Of a stretch of 64,000 bases of DNA, positions 41,577 through 51,884 are shown in pieces. Location of the stretch: positions 2,368,001-2,432,000 of the forward strand of contig CH464491.1 of NCBI GenBank assembly GCA_000002445.1. Direction: 5' to 3'. Origin of the DNA: Trypanosoma brucei (taxonomy: Eukaryota). The notes beneath the pieces are model-generated. The model saw only the letters and a program-made list of their open reading frames with translations, did not search any database and had not been told where the DNA came from. The first letter of the stretch is position 1. Each line of letters starts with the position of its first letter. A program made the position numbers and the translations under genes.

Positions 41577-44228
41577 TTGGCGGTAGCCTCCTTAGTAGGG
41601 TGGGCGTATCAGACCATACGAGATCCACACACACACACACACAGAGAGAGAGAGACAGGGGGTGGTTGCCTTTTCGAAAAAGGGTCTGAGTTGCAAGGTT
41701 TTTTCTCCTTATATTATTTTACTTCACTTTTCATTTCACTCTCTTTCTGCCTAATGAGGATTCCACAGGGAGCAATGAAAGGGTTCCGGTGTGCTCCAAA
41801 TGTACGGTTGGTGGTAGCGCCATCGTGTAGTGCGATTGTTTCGGCACTTCGGTGCCTCACACAGTCTCCCCATCTTTGGTGTTCTCGCTGTTCAACTGGG
41901 CTTAAGGGTGACAAGAGCAAATTCCCAGATGCATCTACAGCACTGATACGAAACATCGGGATAGTTGCACACATCGATGCCGGAAAGACAACAACCACTG
42001 AACGTATGCTTTTTTACGCCGGAGCTGTGAAACGTGTGGGTGATGTGGATAGTGGTACCACCACAATGGATTTTATGAAAGAGGAGATGGACCGTGGAAT
42101 AACCATTCAGTCAGCGGCTGTGTCTTTTCAGTGGCGTGGTCACAGCATCCATCTTATTGACACCCCTGGTCATGTGGACTTTACAGTGGAAGTGGAGCGA
42201 GCCATGCGTGTTGTGGATGGTGTGGTTGCTCTTTTCGATGCGTCCGCTGGTGTTCAGGCCCAGAGTTATACGGTTCTTCGGCAGAGTAAGAAGTTTGGTG
42301 TACCTGTCATAGCTTTCTTGAACAAGATGGACAAGTACAACGCTGATTTTACAAAGTGCGTCAACTCGATTCGAAAAAAGTTGGAAATGGAACCTCTGTT
42401 ACTTCAGCTTCCGCTGAGTCGGGAGGATGGAAGCTTTGACGGGGTAGTTGATGTTGTGGAGCTGAAGAGCTATCGGTTTAGTGGTGACCACGGCTCAAAC
42501 GTCATCGTCGGTGATCTACGAGCGCATCGGAGCGAACCACCTCACGTTGTTGAAGCGGCCCGCGACGCCCGGCACGCCCTCCTCTCCACGTTAACCAGCG
42601 TAGACGACTCACTCGCAGACGCGGTTATCGCAGCGCTTGACGAAACTGGCGGTGACGAACAAAGAGCGGAGGACGCCATACCATGTGATGTACTGCGTGC
42701 GGCCATACGGAGGCAGACACTCCGGCAGAACAACTCACCCCGTCCGGTAATCCCCGTGCTATGTGGTGCATCGCGGCGTGACCAGGGGGTGCAGCCGGTT
42801 CTTGATGCTATCACATATTACTTACCTTCTCCGCAAGATCGTGTGCTCTACGGCTACACGAAGGATGGGGAATTGGTGCAACTGCCACCGGCAACAACCG
42901 CACCGTACGCTCCGTTCTTCGCACTCGCGTTCAAAGTTATCCACACAATGGGGCCCAAAGGTCAGCGGCAACCTTTAGTTTTTTTTCGTGTTTACAGTGG
43001 CCGAATAACAGCGCGAACGACACTTGTGAATAACAGCTCCAACAGTCACGAGAATATCGAAAAGCTTTATGTCATGCACGCAGATCATCAGGTTGAGGTT
43101 CCTCATCTCGCCGCCGGGCACATTGGTGCTGCTTTCATGCGGAACACCAAAACCGGGGCAACACTCTATCGTGAACCGCAACACGCTCAATCTGTAGTTG
43201 CAGGCTGTGGTAAGGAGGTTTTTACGCTTGAAGGTATTGATGCCCCATCACCAGTTATCTCCTTTTCTATTGAGGCCGCATCCAAGCACCAAATTTCCCT
43301 CCTGGAGGAGACACTGCAAGAGCTTAGCTTCGAGGACCCGAGTTTGCGGGTCAGCAGGAACAATTTCGGGCAAATAGTTATCAGTGGTATGGGTGAACTT
43401 CACCTGGAAATTGTTATGTCCAGATTGGAGCATTCGTACGGCCTGAAGTGCCGTCTGCTCCGTGCTATTATCGAATATCGGGAGGTAGTGCGCGAGCCGG
43501 TTGAGCTCAAGAATGTTATTGTAACAAATAACGAAGTTCCATACATTGAGTGCTCACTTAGGTTGCAGCCACTATTAGATGATGAGGGTGTCTGTGGCCC
43601 CAGTGAAGTGTGCTCATTCATTGTGGACGAAGCATTTGCAGGAAGTTTTTTATCATCCTCCGCGAACGAGGGGGGCGGTGACCGACGCCGCCGCATGGAT
43701 GACTGTCGGCGCAATGCTGTGGAAGAGCTGCGACTGATAACTGAGGTATTTAACAAAGCCTTGAGTGAATGCTTCCTCCTGGGGCCACTTGCCGGCCTCC
43801 CGCTTCACGGCGTCCGAGTGGTGTTGACGGGGTTCAGGAGGGTGGCTGCAACACAACTAACAGATCGGCCGCTTGCACAGGCCGCGCGTTCACTTTTACT
43901 TCAGCTCCTTCAGGCGGCACCGAAGACGACTTTGGCTGCGCTTGAACCTATGATGGAGGTGGAGGTGCACCTATCTGAACCCACGTACATTGGCGAGGTA
44001 GTGAGCTCCTTGAATGAGCGCAAGGCGGTTACCGTGGATATCCAGGAGGACGGAAAATCGGTAAGTGCAATCTTACCAATGCGGAACATCGTTCGTTATA
44101 CGATGGAACTGCGGAAGGCTGTGAAGGGACACGCCAACCTTTACGTCCGTTTGCATCATTACCGTACTATTGAGGACAAGGCTGTCCTTTCGAGGATCAT
44201 GAAGAACTTAGGTATATACGACAGTTAA
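41577..44228 (+). CDS. Elongation factor G-family translational GTPase, probably mitochondrial (EF-G2/RRF2mt-like)
   Basis: G1 AHIDAGKTT, G2 region RGITIQS, G3 DTPGHVDF, G4 NKMD. EF-G domain II-V-like sequence extends to ~880 aa. The first ~55 codons of the ORF cross a (CA)n(GA)n microsatellite. The real start is more likely Met 41754 or 41775 (MKGFRCAPNVRLVVAPS..., presequence-like). Confidence 0.8.
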   Translation: MAVASLVGWAYQTIRDPHTHTHRERETGGGCLFEKGSELQGFFSLYYFTSLFISLSFCLMRIPQGAMKGFRCAPNVRLVVAPSCSAIVSALRCLTQSPHLWCSRCSTGLKGDKSKFPDASTALIRNIGIVAHIDAGKTTTTERMLFYAGAVKRVGDVDSGTTTMDFMKEEMDRGITIQSAAVSFQWRGHSIHLIDTPGHVDFTVEVERAMRVVDGVVALFDASAGVQAQSYTVLRQSKKFGVPVIAFLNKMDKYNADFTKCVNSIRKKLEMEPLLLQLPLSREDGSFDGVVDVVELKSYRFSGDHGSNVIVGDLRAHRSEPPHVVEAARDARHALLSTLTSVDDSLADAVIAALDETGGDEQRAEDAIPCDVLRAAIRRQTLRQNNSPRPVIPVLCGASRRDQGVQPVLDAITYYLPSPQDRVLYGYTKDGELVQLPPATTAPYAPFFALAFKVIHTMGPKGQRQPLVFFRVYSGRITARTTLVNNSSNSHENIEKLYVMHADHQVEVPHLAAGHIGAAFMRNTKTGATLYREPQHAQSVVAGCGKEVFTLEGIDAPSPVISFSIEAASKHQISLLEETLQELSFEDPSLRVSRNNFGQIVISGMGELHLEIVMSRLEHSYGLKCRLLRAIIEYREVVREPVELKNVIVTNNEVPYIECSLRLQPLLDDEGVCGPSEVCSFIVDEAFAGSFLSSSANEGGGDRRRRMDDCRRNAVEELRLITEVFNKALSECFLLGPLAGLPLHGVRVVLTGFRRVAATQLTDRPLAQAARSLLLQLLQAAPKTTLAALEPMMEVEVHLSEPTYIGEVVSSLNERKAVTVDIQEDGKSVSAILPMRNIVRYTMELRKAVKGHANLYVRLHHYRTIEDKAVLSRIMKNLGIYDS
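41626..41656. repeat. (CA)n(GA)n dinucleotide microsatellite
   Basis: cacacacacacacacagagagagagagaca, read directly from the sequence. Confidence 0.9.
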
Positions 44229-45366
44229 CAACCATTGATCTAAGTGTTGAGTTATGGGGTTAGCATGCGCATATGGCGGCCTCTTTTTTTTTTTTTGTAA
44301 AGAAAGAAAAAACTGCTGCAGGTAGCGATCGGGGGGCGCTGTAACAACAAAAAAATGTTTGTTAGGCGAAAATAAGGTGCAACATGGCTATTTTTTATTT
44401 TTATCGCTTTGGGAGCGTGGGCATGAGCCACACCACCTTCTCTACGGGATGGCATTGCCGATACAACTTTTGCTGTCTTTGTGTCAAAGTGAATGATTCG
44501 GTTATTCCAGTTTGTCCGCTGTTTTATGATACAGTTGTGGTTGTGAAGTCGGCACTTTTGACAGGGAGGATGCTTTAAAAAGCCCCGGGGGTCATCAGCT
44601 CCCATGAGAATTGCAGTGTGTTGACCCGTCGAATCTCTCATCAGCGTTTTCGTCATTCCCTCAAGTTGAGGTCACGACTCAAGAGTAGTATTGTGTCTAT
44701 TTGTGTAAATTACGATCCATACATGTATGTGCGTAACGGAGGTTTTTACGTTTGATTTTGTTTGAGCTTCCAGTAGTTGTGGGAGTTAAAACCAGCTGGT
44801 TCCCTTAGCTTTGTGCCGTAAGGTTTGCTGGTCTTGCGTCACACTTTATTTTCCACACGCTTTCGTGCCGCTGTTAAGCAGAGATGCCCCACTGTCTCCC
44901 CGCACGGTGTCCTATTCCCCGTTAATGTGTGTTGAACGATCCCCCCGAAAGCCGTTAAATCGGCTTCGGATTACTTATGCCCCTTCGGACAGCTCACTCT
45001 TACCTCCTTTCTTTTTGCCTTTGCTTTGCCGTACTGCATTCCCTGTCCCGTAACGGACTGTCTCTTATCTCCGGTGCGTGGAAGGGGTGAGGGGAATCAG
45101 ATTACAGTTAGTTGCAGTAAGCACGTAGCGTAAGTGCGCAGAGGCCACGTGTTACCGTCAATTGAGCTCAGGATCATTTTTTATCGACGCGAACTTCACC
45201 TAGGATAATCTTGGGCAGGCACTTTTTGTTTCACTTGCTGGACAAAGAAGAATTGTTAAAGAGGAGCTGGCACAGCGACAAAGCAGGAAGAAAGTGAAGG
45301 GAGTCGCTAAATCGCGTCACCTAAGAGACAGAAAGCGGCTCTGCATATACGTGAGCTTGGCGAGGT

Positions 45367-46551
45367 GTGGGTAAAATGCTTGGAGCGAACCTTGGGATTA
45401 ACTTTCACACTGATGACGATCATGGTGATCATGGTGATCACGAGGGCCATGAGGGGCACGACATGGGGGGTTGCGCTCCAGCCGCAGGGTCGTACTCGAT
45501 GGGGCTTCACATTGCAGCCATTTTTATTCTCCTGATCGCGTCATTCCTTGGGACAGTTCTTCCCATTGCCGGGAACTATGTGCCACGATTCAAGCTGCCG
45601 CCGTTTCTTATTGTTGTTTCGAAGTGTATTTCCACAGGTGTTGTTATGTCAGTTGCCGTGTTAACACTGCTCAATCACAGCTTACACAGCTTCATGGAGA
45701 AGTGTATCCCACACGGGCTGAGTATGGAAGTGTACAGCGCTTTCGGCTTGCTGTTTATGCTGATCTCGGCTTTACTGATGCATTCATTCGACTCTGCCAT
45801 GGACCTCCTTCTTGAGGGTTGGGCGGTTCGTAAGGAAGAGGAGAAATTAGCCGACGGCGCACCGCAAGTGGCTGATAGTGTGCCGACGGCGGCGGCTCTT
45901 CCACCAACTCAATGCGGAATGAAGCGTTGCACGGCTCAACCAGGAGTATCATGTGAAACTAACGGCTGCTGCCAATCATCTCCGGGACCTGCGTACGGTG
46001 CTACCGGGTGCTGTGGAAGCCGTGGTGAAGCCGCTGCGCTGCTTACCGGTGCGCGGCGTGTTATGGCCCTAGCCTTAATGGAATTCGGTTTGGTGGTGCA
46101 CAGTATTTTTCTCGGTCTTTCCGTAGGTATTGCATCCGACTCGCGCACCAAAGTGCTGCTTGTGGCTCTTTCCTTCCATCAATTTTTTGAAGGCCTGGCT
46201 TTAGGGGCGCGGTTGGCGGAGGCGTCGCTGAAAGCCAAGTTGGAGTTATTTTTGGCCATCCTCTTTTCCATTTCTGTTCCTGTTGGTACGGCTATCGGTG
46301 CCGTTACCATGAGGGATGGCGGCAAAAGCATTACCGGCTCCAGTTACGTCACTATGAGCGCCATTGTCAATGCCATTGGTGCTGGTATTCTGCTTTACAT
46401 CGGTTTTGTCCTGCTTCTCGTTGATTTCCCAACGGATCTGCGCATATACGCGGGTGTCGGGACGCCGAATCGCTTTGTGAGACGCATTGCAATGTTTGTG
46501 GCCCTTTGGGTTGGCTTCGGTGTGATGGCGCTGCTGTCCAAGTGGCACTAG
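45367..46551 (+). CDS. ZIP-family (Zrt/Irt-like) divalent metal transporter, diverged paralogue with Cys-rich cytosolic loop
   Basis: 394 aa. Eight-TM ZIP layout with signature HSIFLGLSVG (TM4) and HQFFEGLALGARL (TM5). N-terminal His/Asp tract (HTDDDHGDHGDHEGHEGHD). The TM3-TM4 loop has CGMKRCTAQPGVSCETNGCCQSSPGPAYGATGCCGS. About 55-60% identical to the downstream array copies. Confidence 0.85.
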   Translation: MGKMLGANLGINFHTDDDHGDHGDHEGHEGHDMGGCAPAAGSYSMGLHIAAIFILLIASFLGTVLPIAGNYVPRFKLPPFLIVVSKCISTGVVMSVAVLTLLNHSLHSFMEKCIPHGLSMEVYSAFGLLFMLISALLMHSFDSAMDLLLEGWAVRKEEEKLADGAPQVADSVPTAAALPPTQCGMKRCTAQPGVSCETNGCCQSSPGPAYGATGCCGSRGEAAALLTGARRVMALALMEFGLVVHSIFLGLSVGIASDSRTKVLLVALSFHQFFEGLALGARLAEASLKAKLELFLAILFSISVPVGTAIGAVTMRDGGKSITGSSYVTMSAIVNAIGAGILLYIGFVLLLVDFPTDLRIYAGVGTPNRFVRRIAMFVALWVGFGVMALLSKWH

Positions 46552-48337
46552 GTAACGTAACTTTTTATTTACATTAATTTTTTTTCTTCACTCCCCCTAA
46601 CTTTGAGGAGTTGAATATGTTCGCACGTGGGTTAACACGTAACAAATAGTATCGCACGGAAAATGAACTCTTTACCGCGTGAGAGGCGTGTCGTGCTGAA
46701 GCGGACGCATCAGAGAAGAGGAGTAAATAAGCGAGGGATTGAGGGATGTTATGCTCACACGCTGTGTTCTGAGAGGTGGGGGAGAAGGTACTGAATTGGC
46801 ACTAAAATAGCGACGATGCGAAACAAGTAAGAAAATGAATAAGCAAAAGTTTTATGGGCAACGATTTTGAGAAAAAAAAATCAATTGCACAAATAGGCGG
46901 TAACCTCTTTATAGCTCTATCTTTTGAAACCCTATTCGCTAGTTTAGCGTTGCGGGGAAGCCGTCGTACTGATCCTAATCTCCTCACTTCCCTTCCTTCC
47001 CCTTCTATTTGTTTTTATTTACAAAATGATGGAAAGCGGGATGATTTGTTGTTCCTGGTGTGTATTCCTTTTTATTACTTATAATGATATGTTCATCATT
47101 GCTGTTATTAATTCGTTTTTGGTGTCTTATGCTATTTTTACATTTAGGGACTCTCATTTTATTTTTATTTTTTTCGAAGGTGTGTGAGTAACAACACATA
47201 CACAACTCGAGGGACTGAAGCATATCGGCGGGTATTGTATCAAGAAAAATTTTAAATTATTAACAAGCACAACACATCAGTGATGGGTCAAATGCAACGA
47301 AATCAGCGTGAAGGGTGAAATAAATAAATGAATCAAGACCTGAAGAAAACGAAATAGAAAGAGAACAGAAAAGGCAACGAATAAAATGGTGGAATGGAGA
47401 GTGAAAGTAACTTTTACAGAAAGGGAGAAGGGGAAAAGAAGAGATTAATAAAATAGGAAAATGTCGGAGGGAATCGAAGTGGCAGCACCTGAAAGAGACA
47501 GTTTAATATTAGCAGGGAAATCATTACTCATCCAATTCGCAACTCATATTCACGTGGTGAAGTGAGGCCGCGGCTTTGTTGCTATTTCTCTTACTCTTTG
47601 TGTACGTGTGTGTTTATTTTCTACGGCGTCGTTACCGGGGTTAATATCCAAAAGAAGGACTTAGTTTAACGTCATTCTAACAGATAAGTGTAATATTTGG
47701 GAGGAGACATTCTCGTATGTATTTTTGTTTTCCCCCCTTTTTGGCGTTATTTGGTGTCCGCTTGTTGGAGATTTATGTTCCTCATACATTTTTTTTTTTC
47801 AAAAAAAGCCTCAACTTGATAAATGCTCGTCCACGTGTGCCCTCCTTTGCCTTGCCTTATTTTTAACATATCTTTTTCAGTTATTCTTTGAGGTAATCTT
47901 CACAAAGTGGCACAGCAACAAAAAAAGATATATATGTATATATATCTAGCAACTGCATGATAATATTTGACATTGAAAGGTTTCAACCATCCTCAAGAGT
48001 ATATCTTCATACTTTTCCTTCACCCTTAATAAAAATCTCTCACATCCCGCTCCCCCCCGTTCCAAGGAAGAAAAAATTACACAAACACAGACACATTTCT
48101 TCACACAGCACCTACAGTCAAATAATAACAGAGCGGGGAGCTTCTAAGCAAAAGGTCCGACCAAGAAACAACCACAAAAAAAAAGGATTAAGAAATCGAA
48201 AAAATTGAAAAACATATAACTATACGACCAATTTAAAAAAAATAATAATAATTAAATTATGTAATAATAATAAAAATATATAACAACGATTCAGAAATAA
48301 AGAAAAAATATATAAAAAGCAACCAAAAACCAGGCGG

Positions 48338-48525
48338 TCGCCAGTGCTGTGTGTGGTGGGATGCTGCTGTACCTTGCTTTCTGCCTCATGTTGAGTGACT
48401 TCCCATCGGATATGCAGAAACATGCTGGGAAGGATAAGGTAAGGCGTTTCTTCAGATGCTTTGGGATGTTTGCGGCTCTTTGGCTTGGCGCTGCGTTGAT
48501 GGCCGTGTTAGGAAAATGGGTCTAA
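48338..48525 (+). pseudogene. Truncated 3' fragment (~62 codons) of a ZIP transporter gene marking the start of the tandem array
   Basis: caggcggtcgccagtgctgtgtgtggtgggatgctgctgtacc...tgggtctaa is identical to the 3' end of the copy at 49613..50797. It is fused upstream to unrelated AT-rich sequence and followed by the same 1087-bp intergenic unit. Confidence 0.8.
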
Positions 48526-49440
48526 GCACCCACTGTTCATGTGTGTGCCAATGGATTGCCCACTTCATTTTCTGTTTTCCTCGTACTCTTTTTCCAGCCC
48601 CCTTTTTCAGTTGTAATGATGCTCCCGCACGTGTGTTGCGTGGTCCGGTGAGCCATTGTGCCCTACCTGTTGCATGCGTTAGAGTTGTTCTTGAGGTGTG
48701 CTTGTGCATGTACATACATATATGTATATGTATATATACGTGTGTGTGTTTCTTGAGCTAGCGCCGAGTTGGGAGTGAGAGGAGTTGTGCTCTTCGTGTG
48801 TGCGTAGGTTTGAGCGTATGCGGACTGAGTGTCGGATGTTTAGCGGTGCGAAGCATAAGCAATTGCTCACGTGTTTGTATGCGTGTGTGTTGCGTACATG
48901 TTTCCAAACATCTACCCTGCCTTCAGGAGGGACCTGCACGAGTACATACATGAGCATATGTGCTGTGTTTACGCTTGTCCTTGATTTAGTTACAATATAC
49001 AACTGCGTACATCTACATTTTACTACTTTATGTTCGTTTGTTCATTTATTAGTATTTTTAAATAGCAATGCCCACCATCCTCGTAGTTACTCTACCGTGC
49101 TGGTGCGGGGGACGAAGCTGCAGACGCGTGGTGTACGAATATATGCATGCGTATGGATGTGTGTGCATGTGTTTCTGTGTGCGTCAATGCGCGTTTGAGT
49201 GTCTGCCTGCGCGTATATTTAAATAGTGATTTAGCGGATATCTGACTGTAGAGGGTACGACGGACGGGCTTATTTTCCACATGAGACTATTTCTTCCCCT
49301 GCTTTCTTTCTGTGCTGGTGCTGGTGCTGGTGTGTGTCTGTGTGTGCGCAGTTGTGGATGGGATGGTGGCAAATGTATCGCATTGCTGCTGTTCCCATCC
49401 CTTAGTGCCCCATTGTTTCTGCACGCTCTCGCTAAGCATT

Positions 49441-49520
49441 CCTTCTTACCCTTTTTGCCCATTGATTCTTTTTCTATGTTTGCCGTCCCTTTTTCACCTT
49501 TTTCTTTTTGGTGTGTGTAG
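49441..49520 (+). promoter_or_regulatory. Polypyrimidine tract plus downstream AG: candidate spliced-leader trans-splicing acceptor region for ZIP copy 1 (repeated before each array copy)
   Basis: ccttcttaccctttttgcccattgattctttttctatgtttgccgtccctttttcacctttttctttttgg then gtgtgtgtAG, ~95 nt upstream of the ATG. The same block recurs at 51713-51792, 53776-53860 and 55813-55897. Function inferred from kinetoplastid mRNA-processing rules, not shown by the sequence. Confidence 0.4.
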
Positions 49521-49612
49521 ATACCATAAAGTGACAGTCAGGTTTCGGTTGGTGCTGCCTTAGCTAATCTCAGCAAAAACACACTTCCTCTTTTTGTGAT
49601 ACAGTCAGAGCG

Positions 49613-50797
49613 ATGGCTAACGTTAATAACGAGACCACCGAATGTGGTGCATTGCTTTCGAATATCACTTCCCTACAGACGACGCTAACGTCTATGGGAT
49701 GCCAAGTGCCCGCCTTGCATCATCACACGCATGACCACGGCCACCATCACCATCATCATCATCATGACGATCACACCCACGGAGCGGACGACCACGAAGG
49801 TCACGGGCACAGTCACGGCGGGTGCGAAAGTGGTCATGGCACGTATTCCATTGGACTGCATGTTGTGGCGATCTTTGTTGTGTTGATTGCGTCGTTTCTG
49901 GGCACGCTGATACCGATAATCGGAAAGTACGTGCCGGCACTGCGGCTTCCTCCGTTTGTGTTTGTCCTTGGCAAGTGCATTGCAGCTGGAGTGCTACTGT
50001 CAGTGTCGACTATCCACATGATTAATGAAGCTGTAGCGCAGCTACAGGAAGATTGTGTTCCGGAGTCGTTTCGCGAATCATATGAGGCATATGCATTTCT
50101 GTTTGCTGTGGCTGGAGCGTTGCTGTTGCACATGGTGGACGTCATTGTTGACGCACGTGTGACAAACAAGAGCGATTCCAGCACCAACAAACCTGAGGGT
50201 CAACCCGATGCCGAAGAAGCTCAAGCGGCCCCGGCTGCTCTTGATGCGTACGATGGTCATCACTGCCACTACGCTGTCGGCATGCCACAGTCGAGGACCA
50301 GACGCCTCGTCTCTGCAATGTTTATGGAGTTTGCGGTAACTGTGCACAGTGTGTTCATTGGGCTGGCAGTCGGTATCGCAAGGGATGCGGAGACTAAAAC
50401 TTTACTTGTGGCTCTGGCATTTCATCAGATGTTGGAGGGCCTTGCTCTGGGCGCGCGTCTGGTGGATGCAGAGTTGAGCTTGAAGCTTGAAATGCTGTTT
50501 GCACTACTCTTCTCTGTCTCTGCGCCCCTGGGCACCGCAATTGCCGTTGGCACGATTGCGATTTGGAATGTGTCGATGGTAGGAACCGCGTTCGTGATTA
50601 CACAGGCGGTCGCCAGTGCTGTGTGTGGTGGGATGCTGCTGTACCTTGCTTTCTGCCTCATGTTGAGTGACTTCCCATCGGATATGCAGAAACATGCTGG
50701 GAAGGATAAGGTAAGGCGTTTCTTCAGATGCTTTGGGATGTTTGCGGCTCTTTGGCTTGGCGCTGCGTTGATGGCCGTGTTAGGAAAATGGGTCTAA
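49613..50797 (+). CDS. ZIP-family metal transporter, array copy 1 (type A, long His tract)
   Basis: 394 aa. N-terminal HHHTHDHGHHHHHHHHDDHTHGADDHEGHGHSHGG. TM4 HSVFIGLAVG, TM5 HQMLEGLALGARL. TM3-TM4 loop with DGHHCHY. Confidence 0.9.
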   Translation: MANVNNETTECGALLSNITSLQTTLTSMGCQVPALHHHTHDHGHHHHHHHHDDHTHGADDHEGHGHSHGGCESGHGTYSIGLHVVAIFVVLIASFLGTLIPIIGKYVPALRLPPFVFVLGKCIAAGVLLSVSTIHMINEAVAQLQEDCVPESFRESYEAYAFLFAVAGALLLHMVDVIVDARVTNKSDSSTNKPEGQPDAEEAQAAPAALDAYDGHHCHYAVGMPQSRTRRLVSAMFMEFAVTVHSVFIGLAVGIARDAETKTLLVALAFHQMLEGLALGARLVDAELSLKLEMLFALLFSVSAPLGTAIAVGTIAIWNVSMVGTAFVITQAVASAVCGGMLLYLAFCLMLSDFPSDMQKHAGKDKVRRFFRCFGMFAALWLGAALMAVLGKWV

Positions 50798-51884
50798 GCA
50801 CCCACTGTTCATGTGTGTGCCAATGGATTGCCCACTTCATTTTCTGTTTTCCTCGTACTCTTTTTCCAGCCCCCTTTTTCAGTTGTAATGATGCTCCCGC
50901 ACGTGTGTTGCGTGGTCCGGTGAGCCATTGTGCCCTACCTGTTGCATGCGTTAGAGTTGTTCTTGAGGTGTGCTTGTGCATGTACATACATATATGTATA
51001 TGTATATATACGTGTGTGTGTTTCTTGAGCTAGCGCCGAGTTGGGAGTGAGAGGAGTTGTGCTCTTCGTGTGTGCGTAGGTTTGAGCGTATGCGGACTGA
51101 GTGTCGGATGTTTAGCGGTGCGAAGCATAAGCAATTGCTCACGTGTTTGTATGCGTGTGTGTTGCGTACATGTTTCCAAACATCTACCCTGCCTTCAGGA
51201 GGGACCTGCACGAGTACATACATGAGCATATGTGCTGTGTTTACGCTTGTCCTTGATTTAGTTACAATATACAACTGCGTACATCTACATTTTACTACTT
51301 TATGTTCGTTTGTTCATTTATTAGTATTTTTAAATAGCAATGCCCACCATCCTCGTAGTTACTCTACCGTGCTGGTGCGGGGGACGAAGCTGCAGACGCG
51401 TGGTGTACGAATATATGCATGCGTATGGATGTGTGTGCATGTGTTTCTGTGTGCGTCAATGCGCGTTTGAGTGTCTGCCTGCGCGTATATTTAAATAGTG
51501 ATTTAGCGGATATCTGACTGTAGAGGGTACGACGGACGGGCTTATTTTCCACATGAGACTATTTCTTCCCCTGCTTTCTTTCTGTGCTGGTGCTGGTGCT
51601 GGTGTGTGTCTGTGTGTGCGCAGTTGTGGATGGGATGGTGGCAAATGTATCGCATTGCTGCTGTTCCCATCCCTTAGTGCCCCATTGTTTCTGCACGCTC
51701 TCGCTAAGCATTCCTTCTTACCCTTTTTGCCCATTGATTCTTTTTCTATGTTTGTCGTCCCTTTTTCACCTTTTTCTTTTTGGTGTGTGTAGATACCATA
51801 AAGTGACAGTCAGGTTTCGGTTGGTGCTGCCTTAGCTAATCTCAGCAAAAACACACTTCCTCTTTTTGTGATACAGTCAGAGCG

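Noticed and set aside
48452-49563. Repeated ORFs of 60-137 aa in the ZIP intergenic units (e.g. 48456..48761, 48785..49198, 49281..49520, and their copies at 50728.., 51057.., 51553..)
   Set aside because: They recur only because the intergenic unit is tandemly duplicated. They are Cys/low-complexity translations of TG/CA-rich UTR sequence with no motifs. Trypanosome UTRs are expected here.
49692-50190. Minus-strand ORFs inside ZIP coding regions (49692..49940, 49834..50190 and equivalents in each copy)
   Set aside because: They are antisense to strongly supported ZIP CDSs and repeated by the duplication. Their amino-acid composition is Arg/His-biased, typical of antisense frames.
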